DNA from: Trichoplax sp. H2
Taxonomy: Eukaryota
Reading direction: 5' to 3'
Assembly (NCBI GenBank): GCA_003344405.1
Contig: NOWV01000013.1
Span: 310,001 to 374,000, forward strand
Length of the DNA stretch: 64,000 nucleotides
Below, piece after piece: positions 35,061 to 49,505 of this stretch. The stretch's first letter is position 1. Each line of letters opens with the position of its first letter. Below the pieces are notes generated by a model. That model did not search any database, had not been told where the DNA came from, and was given only the letters and a program-made list of their open reading frames with translations. A program made the translations under genes and the position numbers.

Positions 35061-37878
35061 ATGGATGCTAGTGAGAGCGGCGATATTCGCCAAGAAGCCT
35101 TGGCAATCATGAAAGAGATCGCTTTCTCTGTCAAGGATATTCATGCTGCAAAATCATTACCTTGGTTGTTCGAGATATGCTATATTAATGTCATCACTCA
35201 AGAGGGAAAGAATTATTGCATTGAAGTGACAGCATCAGGATGGAGGGTAAAATTATCTACACACAATCTTGCTAGTGACTAATTAAAATTACTAATTATT
35301 GAAACAATGGATAGTACAGAATGTAAAATCATCTTGATTAGCCTGTCTAACATTGCATTTCCTACGGGTAACTAGTAACTGTAAGCAGTCTAGACTTGTA
35401 GAGGAGGACTTTGTTTACTCGTATACTGTATTAAGTATGTCAAAATAAGGAAATACCAGTCAGCAAAATAAATCATTAAGTTTTACAATTGAGGTAAAAT
35501 TGCTCACATAAAACACTAACTAAATAGAGTATATCGCTTAGATCACAATCTTACGATGTAAAGCTATCTTGATTAATTTGGCTAACATCGCTTTTCCTAC
35601 TGGTAACTATAAGCAGTCTAGATTTGTAAAGGGGGACTTTGTTTACTCGTATGCTGTATTACTGTAAGTTAATCTGTCAAAATTAGGAAATACCAGTCAC
35701 CAAAATAAATCATTAAGTTTTACAATAGAGGTAAAATTGCTCTCATAAAACACTAACTAAATAGAGTAGATCACTTAGTTCACAATCTTACGATGTAAAG
35801 CTATCTTGATTAACTTGGCTAATATTGCATTTCTTACTGGTGACTACAGTATAAGCAGTTTAGACTTGTATAGGTTAATGTTACAGTAACTTTGTTTACT
35901 CGTATACTGCATTAAGTCTGTCAAAATTAGGAAATGCCAACCACTAGAATTGACTATACTGGAGAATTGAGATAAAAATAGCTCACGAAAAACGCCAACT
36001 AAATACAGATAACATTCAAATTACAATCTGACGATATGAAATTCTTGATAAGGCTATGCCTCCGGATATTATCCAATTAAATTTTGAACCCCAATAATGC
36101 AGTCAGTTCACAATACGCGTATACTAAGATATTAAGTGAAATCAACTGTAATCAAACTAAATGTGAAAGCTACATTATTGATTAAAATACAGAATCTTGA
36201 AAGAAAATTTTTAAAATTAACTGTCATTAAACCTCTGATTATAATTAATTATATATAATTAACAATTGAATTATTTTTTACTGGAACGTACTAATTTACT
36301 GGTTGCCATTTTTATCTGTACCAATATTACCGTTCGCTCTAGATCGATTGATTTCAATAATAATCCGCATTGCGCTATTTAAAATATTCCATTTTTTTAT
36401 CTATGCGTTTGGTAAGACAGTAGACTGTTGCTATTCAGTTAATGCATTGCACTGCTGTACTAATTAAAATAATTGATATTTCTCCTAACTAATATTGTAC
36501 AAAATGGGATTGCAAATCCAGCAGATGCTTGGTGTTGCTGTAACAGCCAATCAGTTAATATATTACACTTTTTAAAATACAAATAGTTCACTCAAAATTA
36601 ATACAAGTCCACCAGACATTTGCTTTTGTTTGAAATAGCAATCGCTTAATGTATTGCACGACAAAAAATACTTCACATTTCACCTACAGTTATTACAAAT
36701 CTAGTAGATAACTGATATCGGTTTAAATACCAATCAGTTAGTGCATTGCACTATTTTTAAATCACTTCGTAATTCATCTAAAGCTATTCAGTAGATCTGT
36801 TATCACGAAGGAGATATTATAAAGTAATTGTATTTTTCCTCCGTGGATCTAGCACATCTACCAAGTAAAACCATGCTTCTAATGTTCGTTTCTGGATTGA
36901 TATTATTACTACTACCCTACCTTTTATCCTATACACAACTTTCTGATCAATATGTACAATTTTACGTTAATTATTATAGCTCAATTCAACACCACTCAAC
37001 TACTCGTTATTTATGAGTAATCCCTTATGTAATATACTTCTATCATTTAATTAATTTACAAATTATACGCTATGAGTCTGATATCGTCACGGCTTGATAT
37101 TGGCTTCAATACCAAATCAGTTAATACCTTGTACTATTTTAAATGACTATTCGTTATTAGTTTGCTATCATCACAGCTTCGTATTGGCTGAAATGCCAAT
37201 CAGTTAATGCCTTGTGCTACTTTAAATGACTCCATGTTTCACCTACAAATCCAGCAAATACATTATTGCAAAGAGTCCTAAAAGCATATGTAAAATTATC
37301 TATGCTATAATACGCCAAATATATCATACGACGTTCGCAGTGGGTAACTAGAGCTAGTAGCATTGTGCTATTTAGAATGCTTTGTATTTTACACAGTGAC
37401 TACTGTATAAATGTGGTAGATTCTCGGTCTCCGAATATTCCTGACGTTTCCTAACGTTGGAGAGTTATGTACAATGCGTTATTCTATCATACATTATTGT
37501 ACTACACGATCAAGATAGCTTTTGCTGGTATACAGGGAGATCGTATAGCTACACTATTTAGTAAAGCAATCAGTCGATACTATCACAATCAGATTGCTAA
37601 CCTTGCAACTATATCAATTTTTAAAACGTTATTGTGGCTTATACCTGAATTTATAACTTAATGAGAAGATCCAAGATACCATGAATAATGTAATTTTATA
37701 TATTTTTGCTCTTAAGATTGTTGGATACGAAAATAATAAAATTGATGCAGACAATCCATCTGACTATTACGAAACATTATACTCTCTGTTGGATAATTAC
37801 AGCCCGTTATATCGAGAAAGCTTTGGTCAGGCAGTCATCGCGAAATTGAATAAATTTAAAGAAACAGATCCACAATAA
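35061..37878 (+). CDS. GSKIP: GSK3B-interacting protein (DUF727), two coding exons 35061-35246 and 37717-37878
   Basis: Spliced product MDASESGDIRQEALAIMKEIAFSVK..CYINVITQEGKNYCIEVTASGWR|IVGY..YYETLYSLLDNYSPLYRESFGQAVIAKL matches the GSKIP signature (ETxYSLLDxxSPxYRxxFGxxxxxxL). Confidence 0.92.
35320..36050. repeat. ~236-bp tandem repeat, 3 copies plus a partial, in the GSKIP intron
   Basis: TGTAAA..ATCTTGATTA at ~35322, 35557, 35794; shared ACTTTGTTTACTCGTAT and GTCAAAAT.AGGAAAT.CCA. Confidence 0.9.
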
Positions 37879-39100
37879 TATAACGCAAACACATTATACT
37901 GCTACCACGGCTAGTATAAAGGATATCAATCAATAGTAATAATAATCCACCCCAAATTTTTGTCCGTTTTTATGCGTGTACTGGCTATACTCTATTCGAT
38001 GTCAAGATTAACTAAGGATAGTATGAAAGGAACTTGTAATCTAATTTGAAAATAATATCTGTATGTTTACCTGCAATATACTGTATGAGTATAAATAAAT
38101 TAAATCATAAATTCAACCTTCTATAGCATTTTATCTGCATGTAAATTTACTCATAAATTTTACCTTTACAATAAACTAATTGCCTAGGTATTAAACCGTC
38201 TAATTTCATAATGCCTCAAGTACTCAAACTTTCATTTCGAAAATATTGCACAATATGATAACCACCAGCTTTAATAAATTTATCCAGCACTCTACTGCCC
38301 ATAAATGCGCGAGTTGTATCCTGATTTTTAATAACGTCACTTTATGAACCATAGATCCGATTTGAAGTATTCTTTTTAATAACCGTTAGATAAGTAACAT
38401 CAACAAGTTTTTACTTATAGAGTTTATCACTAAACGAAGTAAATGTAGTTCACTATTGATACACAGATGTAAGAATATGAAGTAGCTTATTGTTAAACAT
38501 TTCACAATTGACAGCAATAAATTGAAAGAGCTATAGTACTTACAACTTTTTTAAATTTCAGATTACCAAATGAAGGTGTAAGTAAGATACACGAATAAAA
38601 CTATAATTGATTAATCTACCCGGTATATATATATATATCATATATAATATATATATTTTTAATTATATGAACACAGGATTTAGTATCTTTCACGCTTACT
38701 GCCATAGCTTGTATACATTAATTTATATAGTTGACAGTACTGTAGTTTCTACTATGTCTAGTATTTAATATTGGCGAAGCAATTACCGTTTGACCACGGT
38801 AATCTTACATTTAATAAATATACAATGAAAATACTATGATATTTTCTGTATCTATTTAAGGGGAAAATAAATCATGTAGTACGAATGTAGACTACGCTAC
38901 ATGGATTAAATTATAGTTTATGGTTAAATTGATATACTAGCAACAAAAATTTGCTGATCAACTTCTAATATTGGACATGATTTGCATTAAGAATGAAAGA
39001 TATACCTAATTTCGGTGTGACTACTAAATAAGAATGTAAAGATACATTTTAATGTGGAAGATACGTTTAATAAAAATAATGTGTTATTTCACAAAGACCC

Positions 39101-42100
39101 TTAAAGTCTATCTAAATGTATCAAACATCTCAGAAAATCTTCATATGATATGTTGCCAGAAATATCACTATCGAAATACGTCAAAAGATGATAAAATTGA
39201 TCATCTTGCAGAGTAACACCGCAATCTTCAAGAAGGCTTTTCAGGACTAAAACATCTACTTTTCCACTGCCTGATTCGTCCATCTTCTTCAATAACCGTC
39301 TTATTGGTTTCCATTGAGGCATAATCTATTAATTAATAGCAACGGTAGATCAGTTTAGATCCTTTTCATATAGTACTGTACTTGTTAAAAGTAGTTAATG
39401 TACGTATAACCATTTAGAACTTGACGATGCAATATATCTGTCTCAATTCTATTAACGCTAGTCTCTGCTTAGTAAATTTTCGATAAGTTACCTTTCTCTG
39501 TATTTTGATTAGTATTGCTCGGGCATCGTTATCAAATTGAAAAGATGAACTCGGCAAAGGAGTTTCATAACGAGGTCCAACTATACGACCAGTAACAGGT
39601 GTTGTTTGAGCATTAGTTTCCTTAATTTTCAGACGATTTAATGCAATATCGTTTAGCAGAACGCTATAATCGATCCTAAAAATATTATCGTAAGCAAAAA
39701 ATAGTATCAGATAGATACCATACGTATACGATTATGTTAATTTCACAATGGACCACTTATGTTATGTGTCTGTTAGCAATACCTATATATTTTAATACCT
39801 ACCCTAAGCCATTTTTGTGTCGATACAACTCATTTATAGCCTCCCACTGTTCATCAGTAAGGTCGACAGAAGCATATTCCATAAAAATTTTCTATTTTCA
39901 TATAAGAAATTTTATTAGACAATAAATTTCATTTCATTATTCGATTTAGAAACAAAATTAGCTACAATTACATCCTTCTTAAACAAGCTATATAGATCCT
40001 CTAAGGCATATGCAATGGATAATCATCGTATCTTTACCTTTACAGCAGAGAGAGGGATTGCTTGGGTTCGTGATAAATCGATATCTCCAAATGTTTTCCT
40101 AATTTCATTGAATTTATGGCCACTCTAGTAGTTTGAGTGTAAAAGAGTTAAACAGTGAATTAACGAACAAGAAATCCTCCAGATACTTAATTAATAAGAA
40201 ATTCATACTAACCTTAGACGTAATGATTTTGATAGCTTTTTCTTGAATCTTATGAAGTTTGTGCTCCGTTTTTTTCTGCTTTATAAGGATTTTTACATCG
40301 CTTGTCATTTTACTATCTTTGCCGCGTAAATGTTGATCATCTAAATATTAATGGATAAATCATATATCATTACAAGTAATCAGAATTATTATAAAACTAC
40401 ATTAATTTCTATCTAATATATAAATTAATCAAAATTATTAATCATTATATCTAACCTAGGAATTCCTGCGGCTTTAGTATATGACTTTTGGTAAAATATT
40501 GATACAGATCAACAAATTTGATCTTCTTTACAGTTTTTCCGCGAATAGATCGGAAAAAGGTCAAGACTTCATCTGTTTCCAATGTTATTCCATACCTAAA
40601 AATGAAATTAAGATTGCAGTATTACAGTACCGGGCTTCATCGGCCGTTAAGAAGCGAATAAATCATTCTTTTAAAATAGCTATAACAATCAGCCTTAAGA
40701 CTTAATTAGGGTAATAATCTTCAATCTATTACTCGTACTTTGAAGCAAGGAGAATTAAATCCGCAGCAGAGACTTCTCCCGTTCGCTTCTTGTCAATTTT
40801 AAAAATAAATGACTAATTGGAGGACAAAAATGGGAAATTAATTCAGTTTTATCTCATTCAAAATACATATTCGTGGAATCCACCAACCTTATTTGCAGTA
40901 TGAAATCTTTTCGAAAATATCGGACGGATTTCGTTTTCAATCTGCGTAAACATCAAGGCATTTTATTACAGAATTCGATTGGAAAAAAATTCTTGTCGTA
41001 CGATATAAATATATATATTTTATAATTTTTCATGTATAGGATGATAGCTATTATTCAGCAATTATAGCGTACACTAACTAGTACTAAATTATACAGCAGC
41101 TTTACTGTAAAATAATATATTTATCATAACGACATTGGAATCCAAGGTTTTGCACATTTTAGTTAATACTGTATATAGCATATATTAAGAATGTTAGTTT
41201 CGGATATCCAGCAGCTATAATACTTATTCTGCTTGTAGTATTTTATATTTTGGGGGAGGGGGCACTAGAATACATGAAATGTGATATGAAGCTAATATGT
41301 AATATGCAAGCTGCATTTTACCTCCTTTAATGTTCTTCCGGCTGCAACTTCACTTTTGAATCGAACAACTTTAGTGTTCGAATTTGAAAGTGGTAACTCA
41401 CTAGTTTTTTCTTTAGCATCATCAACTGCAGACTCTGGCAGATCAACACGATTGAAATCACTCCGATAACTGAATTTGTTGCTGCTTCCACTTTTTTCAA
41501 AAGATTTATATTCAATCGGAGTAGCAGTTATATCTTCGTTAGCCATAGTGATCGTTGCTGGAATAGAAGGCGCTTTTACAGGTTCCTCTTTAACTTCCTG
41601 TGATTTTCCGCTTCGGTTTATTAGCCGCATCAAACTAGCAGATGAGCTATATTGAATGTAAAGACTATTTAATTCACTAATACCTTCAAGATACTCTTAC
41701 TATAGGCAATTAAATCTTTATGTGCATACTATTGAGGGATTAATAAATAGCAACATTTAATAATAATTAATGTATAAAGTCAATTCTTACGCATCATCAA
41801 GCAGTGTAAGAAATCGCGGATAATCGATTCCTCGCAATTCTTCAATTTCAGTGGAATGCAGAAGTTCGTCAAATTCAGAATCAGTTAAGCTATTACTTAA
41901 AATTGATTCCAAGCACAAGCGAAAATCATATTTGTTGACTAAGCCACATTTTTCGGAATCGAATACCCTGTAGTAAAATACAGCAGTTAATGCACCATCC
42001 ATTAAAGAGCGATTAAATTAGTAAAGACAGAAATTTATATAGATATGAATCAAATATACATGTAATAACTATATATAATCAAAGTACTTATTGATAATTT

Positions 42101-45100
42101 ATACAGTGAGCGTATATCATTGAAATAATATGGATCAGCAATTCACACACCTAAACTTCTCCAATATTGAAATAAATTTTTTATGAAGAATTTGAGCAAT
42201 TTTAGCTTCTGCCATCATTGAAGTATGTAAGTCGACATAATTCGATTTCACAGGAACTGGATCTGGTTGACTAAAACAGGGTAGGATGAATACATGAAAT
42301 TATCAACCTATTTTATTATTTAAACATTGAATGTAGGATATCAGTAGATATACTGCTTTAGTATATCAAGATTGACCTACATTGTCATGATGGAATGTAA
42401 GATTCCATTAGTTTGACGACTAAGAAACTTCGTTACCAATTCAATATAAGAAAGAGCATTTTCCTCGCGATGACTGATCCTATATTGCGCATCATAAGCA
42501 CACAAAGAGACGAAAAAATTTTAGCCGATATTCCTATCATCCCTATATACTTGCATATTCTATTAGATAAATTATACGCTATATACAAAGTCATATACCA
42601 AGTGATACTATTTCTGCTATTCTATCACCAATTGTTTGATCGAATTATACCAATTATATAATCAATAAGTTAGTAAAAATTTGTATTGTAATTTTCTTAT
42701 ACCTTTGCAAGAAATATTCCAAATCTATTGGAGATAGCTTAAGCTTGAAATAATTATTGATAATCGTACGAAAATTTTGCCTGGTTACCTAATTAAATTA
42801 TTTAAATCAAATAAGACAATTTAAATTCATTATTATAAATATTAATTTATGCTGCCACTAGTTTTCAGATATAGGACTGTCACTAATCTTATCAAGGGTA
42901 GAAGCAACACCATCATATAAAATAACCAAAATACAACTACAATTTTACCTTTCCGTTTTTATCATGATCATATTTTTGAAATTCCTGAATTAAGTCTTCA
43001 AATGGTTCTTCCAACTAGAGTATTTTATTAAAGTTGTTTGAAAATGACAAATGGAACTAAGAGTCTTTACCAAAATTGAATAACAAAATTTCTATTAAAG
43101 TTTAGATATTTATTCTCGTGATCTTCCTAAATATAATGGCATAGCTCACTGCTGCATAGCTTACGACCTTAAAAACTAACGAATTTTGTAAATATCAATT
43201 CTAATTAATATTATTGTCTACGTTTACTAAATATAATTACTGTACCAAACTATTATATCAGTATAGCCAACTATTTGATATTTAGGTTTATTTATGGTAT
43301 ACTCGCATGTAAAACTGTAGTATTCAAGTTCTAAAGTTCCAAAGCTCATTAATATTCCTTATTTACTTCATGCATATTAAAACTTACGATATAGCTAAAG
43401 TCTAATTGTTCACACAGCTTATAGAAAAATTATTTAAAACATGTTACCTTATGCACCAGGCGTTGTAAAGCAGCACAAATTTTTTTAATTAGCTTTTGTG
43501 GTTGTTTTTTAGAGGCGTCTTGACCTGATGGTTTTTCATCACTTGACTGTCTTGATTTAGATCTAGCAGCAGTTATATCTAGTACGAACCAATCAAATAA
43601 TTTATCGTGGAGGTAAAAGAAAAAGACAGCAACAATTCTCAGTATACTAAAGTATTTAGGTTGCATACCCAATATATTTTCTATTATTTCATAGAGAACT
43701 ATGAGAATTAGCAGTAATAGAAATGGAATTTATTATACCTAACAGCTTATCATAATCAATGCCCAATCTACGAAACACTTTTCCTGTTTTCATACCACCA
43801 ACACCATGGAGATCGCATCTATAGTAACATCGAATGAATTGATTATTAATAATATTCAGTACGTATTAACTTTCTTTAAATATAGTAAATGGCTCTTGTT
43901 AAATACAGTTAATAAACGAGTTTTTGCCCATATTTAATGATAAAGGGATTACAGATACTGTAATATATACGTAAAATAATAATCCGTAAGAATTTAAATC
44001 CAAGTAATAAAAGAAATGTTGTACTAATGCTATAAGGTAATCTTTTTTACCTGTCCCACAGCTTTTCAAATTCAAAATCGGTCATAGAAATCTTTAAATT
44101 TTCTAACATGATACGAAATTGTGGCTTTAATATCTGTCCATTTTCAACTAAACATTCCAGGGGTAAAATATCATATAATGCCAATGTCCTAATACGGTAT
44201 AAGAACAACAAGTAACATCTTTACGTACTCATCAGCGGATACTTCTAGTTGCGAAATTTTACTACATCATAGAGACTACGTGCAATTTTATAAATAATGC
44301 ATTAGATTTATAAATTATAATTAAGCTTACCCATCTAATGCTCTATTGCGTAAATGCGCTTGAACTTGAGTTGCTGTCCACTCTACTGGTGCTAATTCAG
44401 GTTTATTATTTAACCTCTGTACAGGATCTACCCAAGCTACATGGTTGCTAGACTATCATTTAAACATTGTTAAAAACAACGAATTTCAAACAAGCAGTCA
44501 ACACTGTTAACATTATTATAAGCTACCTACGTGCAAAATTAACCCTACAGTTATTAAATTCTGAAATTATTACTACTTTATTAATGATAATAAAATTTGT
44601 AAGCTAACCTCAGTGTCTTTAATAGCGGCGATAAACTCATCAAACGAAATAGCCTTTTTCTTAGATAAATTCAGACTAATAGCAGAATAGTTTAATATCA
44701 AATAAGTTGATGGACGTAAAATAAGCTTTTACAAAATAATAGAAGAAAGCTTAATAATCGAAGCGTAAAATTACTAGATTTATATAATAAAAATTAAATT
44801 CTGTATAACTGTAAGCTTATACTATTTTCTCAATACGATATAAATTGTTATTTTGAACATATTAACTAACTATAAATAATAATTTTTATGGCATACTACC
44901 CTAAAATTTAGGTAGAATATACTGTACAGTATAATATTGACATTCATGAATACCTCTTAAGTAGTGAAGCAATTTGTCCTGGAAATAAATATCCACACAA
45001 GTGATATATAATTCTTCCCATAGCCTCTCTATAGAAACAATTGTAATATCTGTTACGATTACACGTACAGGTATACATATACATTTATAGCGGGCTAATA

Positions 45101-46621
45101 TATGAAAAGTTATAAAAAAATCTAATCTGCTTAATTAAATCTGAATTAATCATATTATAAATAAATAGCGAATAATATTTATTAATTTACCTAGGAGCGT
45201 TTCCTTTTCCATAAGGATCTGACGCTTTAAATGCTTGTTTGATACCGTGAAAACTCGTCGGTATTTTCTCTCGTATTAGTTGTATTAACTAAAAATAGAG
45301 TAAAATATTTCAGAAAAGGGTTAGAACATATAATTTTTAAATAATCAGAAAGTTAATGATAAATATTAGTTGCTTAGAGCTAGGATTAACGTCAACTGAC
45401 AAACCTCAGGAGCATTCATCTTGTGTCTTGGAACATTATCAAGTATAGAGCCTAAATTAACAATTAGAGGAGCTTATTTATTAGGCAACTCAAATACTTT
45501 TTTACAATATTACAGATAGTAAATAGGGTAGCTTTGCTATGACAAATATATTATACTCTATCTCCAACAAATTTTTAATGCGAGTATTATACATTCTGCC
45601 CAAATAATTTAGTTAATATCTCAAAATGGATATTGAAAGAGTATAAATCTATAAACATATTGCATAACATATTCAATTAATTCAATTAATTAAAATATAT
45701 TCTTAGTGATCTCAAACTATAAAATTTCAATCGTGTATAACATATAAACTATGTAAAAATAATTAAATGTAATTTAGAATAACAGATTCGATTACAGAGA
45801 TTAAATAAGGGTGTCTAAAATACGCTTTAGCTTTAATTTGGACATTTCCTTATTTACTTAAATTGTAAAGATTAAATTTAATAACTTGCCTAACAAGAAA
45901 TTTCATTAGCTATTTAAAGAATTACTGTTATCGTTATCATAGAATCCTATTTATATTAAGCTACATTACAGCACGGTAATTTATTTAAAACACAACATAG
46001 GCCCCAATTTTCTTATTAAATTTAATGGATCTTTCTGATCATTAACTCATAATTACAATATTGATCTTGATAAAATAGTCAAATTTAGAAAGCGATAACA
46101 GTGTTACTACAATAAGGAGCATACACATCGCGTACGTGTATCTTTTTTATCGATAGCAAATTCATAAAAATTACCCAATTTAATTTTAAATTATTATAAG
46201 CAACTAGAAAAAAGATTCCTTACTCCAGATGTGGTAATCTTTCTGGATATGATCTATAAGTATCTCCTTAAAGTATCTAACCTGGCCATGTCGAAAGTCG
46301 TTGATGTTTCCGGCTCGGAAGATTTTGATTATTTTCTGTTCTTAACGGAGGTAGATCGTTTTCTTCCGATACATTATGATTTTGATTATTTATATCATCA
46401 TCGAATTTAACGTGAATGGATTTACTTAGATTTTGGTTGGTTGATCGATCATACTGATGACTTGTTGGTCGTGAACTATTATAGTTAGCTGATGCACCTC
46501 GTATTTTTAATTCTGATTTATTTCCAAGTCGCGTTAATGGATGTTCAATCACTGGTAATTGTGGGCCATAGCGATTTCTTTCGCCTCTTGCTGAGGTAAT
46601 TGAATTAACAGTGGTTGCCAT
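39101..46621 (-). CDS. EFCAB6: Multi-EF-hand calcium-binding protein, EFCAB6-like; multi-exon
   Basis: First exon MATTVNSITS (46621). Repeated EF-hand pairs: IKQAFKASDPYGKG, IQEFQKYDHDKNGKV, FRVFDSEKCGLVNKYDF, GIDYPRFL, and terminal WKPIRRLLKKMDESGSG..FYHLLTYFDSDISGNISYEDFLR, which resembles the EFCAB6 C-terminus as I recall it. Confidence 0.75.
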
Positions 46622-47269
46622 TACTTCTTTTTCCCAAAATGGCTAATCCTAATTTATATCTTTCTCCCTTCCTCAACTGCAATTGTATATAATAATCGTG
46701 TCAAGTTAGAGAGAATGTTTCCATGACGACCAGCGTCTTCTTGAAGATACTCTATCCTTGACCTAATAGACATTATACAGTATCCATAGTCTTGCTTGTT
46801 CCCTCCTAGTGCAACAGTCAATAGAGTTTACTTTTTAATTATCTTTAGTTACCGCATAGCAATAAAATTGGTCAACATTAATGCATATTGATTCAATATC
46901 GACCACAATCTATCGTTAAAGTAATATATAGTAATACTAGATACACTTACAAGTATTACAACAATATCTTTAAGATTAAACTTCATTTACATAATAATTA
47001 CTCAAGTTATTGTCGTTATAATAGATTAATGAATGCAATAAGGGTTCCTTTTATTCAATTTTTCATAGGGTAGTTTAACTTAGTTTGGTCAACAATTGCT
47101 GTAGTGCTACTATAGCAATCGTTGATGTTTTCAGTATTATCGAGTTGGGTTTATTAACCATATTCTGTTTGTATTGATTTAATAAATTTCTATAACAGTG
47201 GAATAGATTTTATTCAACTAAAAACGTAATTACCATAAGTAAACAAGATACAATCCACGACTGTCATTC

Positions 47270-48490
47270 ATTAGCAAACAGGAGAGGCATGGTATATATC
47301 AAAATGACCAGAATTCTAACACTATTGATTTGAATGAGAGTGTTATACTCTATAAAGTAATATCTATCCAGTAAAACAAATTTCTATTATCAAAAAATGT
47401 TTAAGGAGCTGCAAATCAGACAGCAATATACGGATACTTCTAAGTCTTAGCCAGCCCATTCTAGATTAGAAAGTATGTCATAATAGTTTTTTTGTAATTC
47501 TAGGTAAAGATAAATAGGAGAGGACTGGTATCAAAATGACCAAAATTCTAACAATATTGGTTTCAATGAGTATTTTTCTCTATATAGTAATATCTGTGTA
47601 GTAAAACGAATGTCTATTATAGAAAAATGCTGCCCAAACACTCATATGCCCAAGGAACTACGTATCAGACCGTAATAAATGGATACTCGTGAGTATCGGC
47701 CAGCCCTATTCTAAATTATAAAGTATTCACAATTGTATTTTTATAATTCTCAGTAAAGATAAACAGAAAAGGACTGGTATGTATCGAACCAGAATTCTAA
47801 CAATATTGGCTTGAATGAGAGTGATTTGCTCTGTATAGTAATATCTATCCAGTAAAGCGAACTTCTTTTATGGAGAAATGCTTTCCAATTACTTTTATGC
47901 TAAAAGAAACATGAATCAGGCCGCAATTAATGGATGCTTCTGAGTATCAGCCAGTCCTATTCTAAATTATAAAGTATTCACAAATGTGTTTTTGTAAATC
48001 TAAGTAAAGATAAATAGGACTGGTATATAGTAGCAAACCAGAATCCTAACGATATTGATTTGAATGAGAGTACTTTGCTCTATACATCTGTTCAATAAAG
48101 CGGGTTTCTTTTATAAAGAAATGCTTTCCAATTACTTTTATGCTCAAGGAAACATGAATCAGAACACATTTAATGGATACGTCTACAGTATCAGCCAGTC
48201 CCATTCTAAGTTATAAAGTATTCACAATTGTGTTTTTGTAATTAAAAATAAATAGAACTGGTATATAGTAGCAAACCAGAATTCTACCAAAATTGGTTTG
48301 AATGAGATGTATTTTGTTATATACAGTAACATCTGTTCAATAAAGCGGGTTTCTTTTATAAAGAAATGCTTTCCAATTACTTTTATGCTCAAGGAAACAT
48401 GAATCAGAACACATTTAATGGATACTTCTGTGTATCAGCCAGCCCCATCCTAAGTTATAAATTATTCACGGTCATGTTTTTGTAATTCTA
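47270..48490. repeat. ~240-bp tandem array, 5 copies, with an internal inverted repeat
   Basis: TGGTAT...ACCA(G/A)AAT(T/C)CTA at ~47290, 47525, 47775, 48020, 48258; CCAGTCCTATT/AATAGGACTGG inverted pair across unit junctions. Confidence 0.93.
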
Positions 48491-49089
48491 GAAAAAAATA
48501 TTGCTAAAATAGTGATTCTGCCACAGAATTAGGAAGTAAAGTCGCAGATAGAAGTGCTAGCGGATTACAGCTTCAAAGCTAATCGTGATACCTCTAATGC
48601 TAGTGCCAAGACGGTCTAATAGATCACAGCTAGCACTATGATTTTACTTTCTTTCCAGTTTCCATTATTTCTGAAATACTATCGTGCTGTTAAGGATTAA
48701 TCATTCTCTATTCTTTTATTTTAGAAATAAAAATTACTGAATCTAATGAGACCACTACTAGTACAACCAAGGGAAACTATCAATATGTGGCTAAAACAGA
48801 TGCTAAAATAGTGAGACAAGCAGAAACACGACTACGGGAAGTCTCCGATTGTTGTAGATCAACAATTTCATAAGTGGCAGCGTTCGGTGGTAGTTTTGCG
48901 ATATCCTTTAGTCCTCAGCGCCATAATAGTGCAATAAATCAGTCGTAGACACATTACGGTTTTGTTACCTTCCTAGTAGATATGACTATATTAAATGCTA
49001 TACTATTTTACTGTTAGGCAACATTTGGTAAATAAAATATTAATAAATTAGTGAGATCAATAGTTGACAGTTGACAGTCTATCGTTGAT

Positions 49090-49505
49090 TTAATTAATTT
49101 TTACTTTATATCTCAATTGTAGTGGTTTTAATAGTGCTACCTTGTTTTTCGCATTACTTCACAATCACTTGTTACTTCTAATCTATAGTAGTAACTTTCA
49201 AGCTTACACTATTCATATTAATTAAAGAATCTATTTCTTAGTAAAATGCCATGTCTCAATCTCTGATGGTTACCAAATCTATTTTCTACCAATCTATTGC
49301 TGCTTTTTACTTCATATCTCAATTTTTGTAATTGTTCTAGCTGTTAGTACTACTTAGTTATGCGCATTACTCTACAATCACTTATTGCTAATCTATAATA
49401 GTAACTTTCAAGCTCATAATATCCATATTAATGAAGAATCTATTTCTTCGTAAAACGCCATATCTTAAATTCTGACGGATACTAAACCTATAATCCACCA
49501 ATCTA
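49090..49505. repeat. ~205-bp direct duplication
   Basis: TTTTACTT.ATATCTCAATT, CGCATTACT..ACAATCACTT, AGTAACTTTCAAGCT and AAGAATCTATTTCTT each occur twice. Confidence 0.85.

Noticed and set aside
47270-48490. CRISPR-like interpretation of the tandem array
   Set aside because: The units are homologous over their full length, with no unique spacers or cas genes, and the context is eukaryotic.
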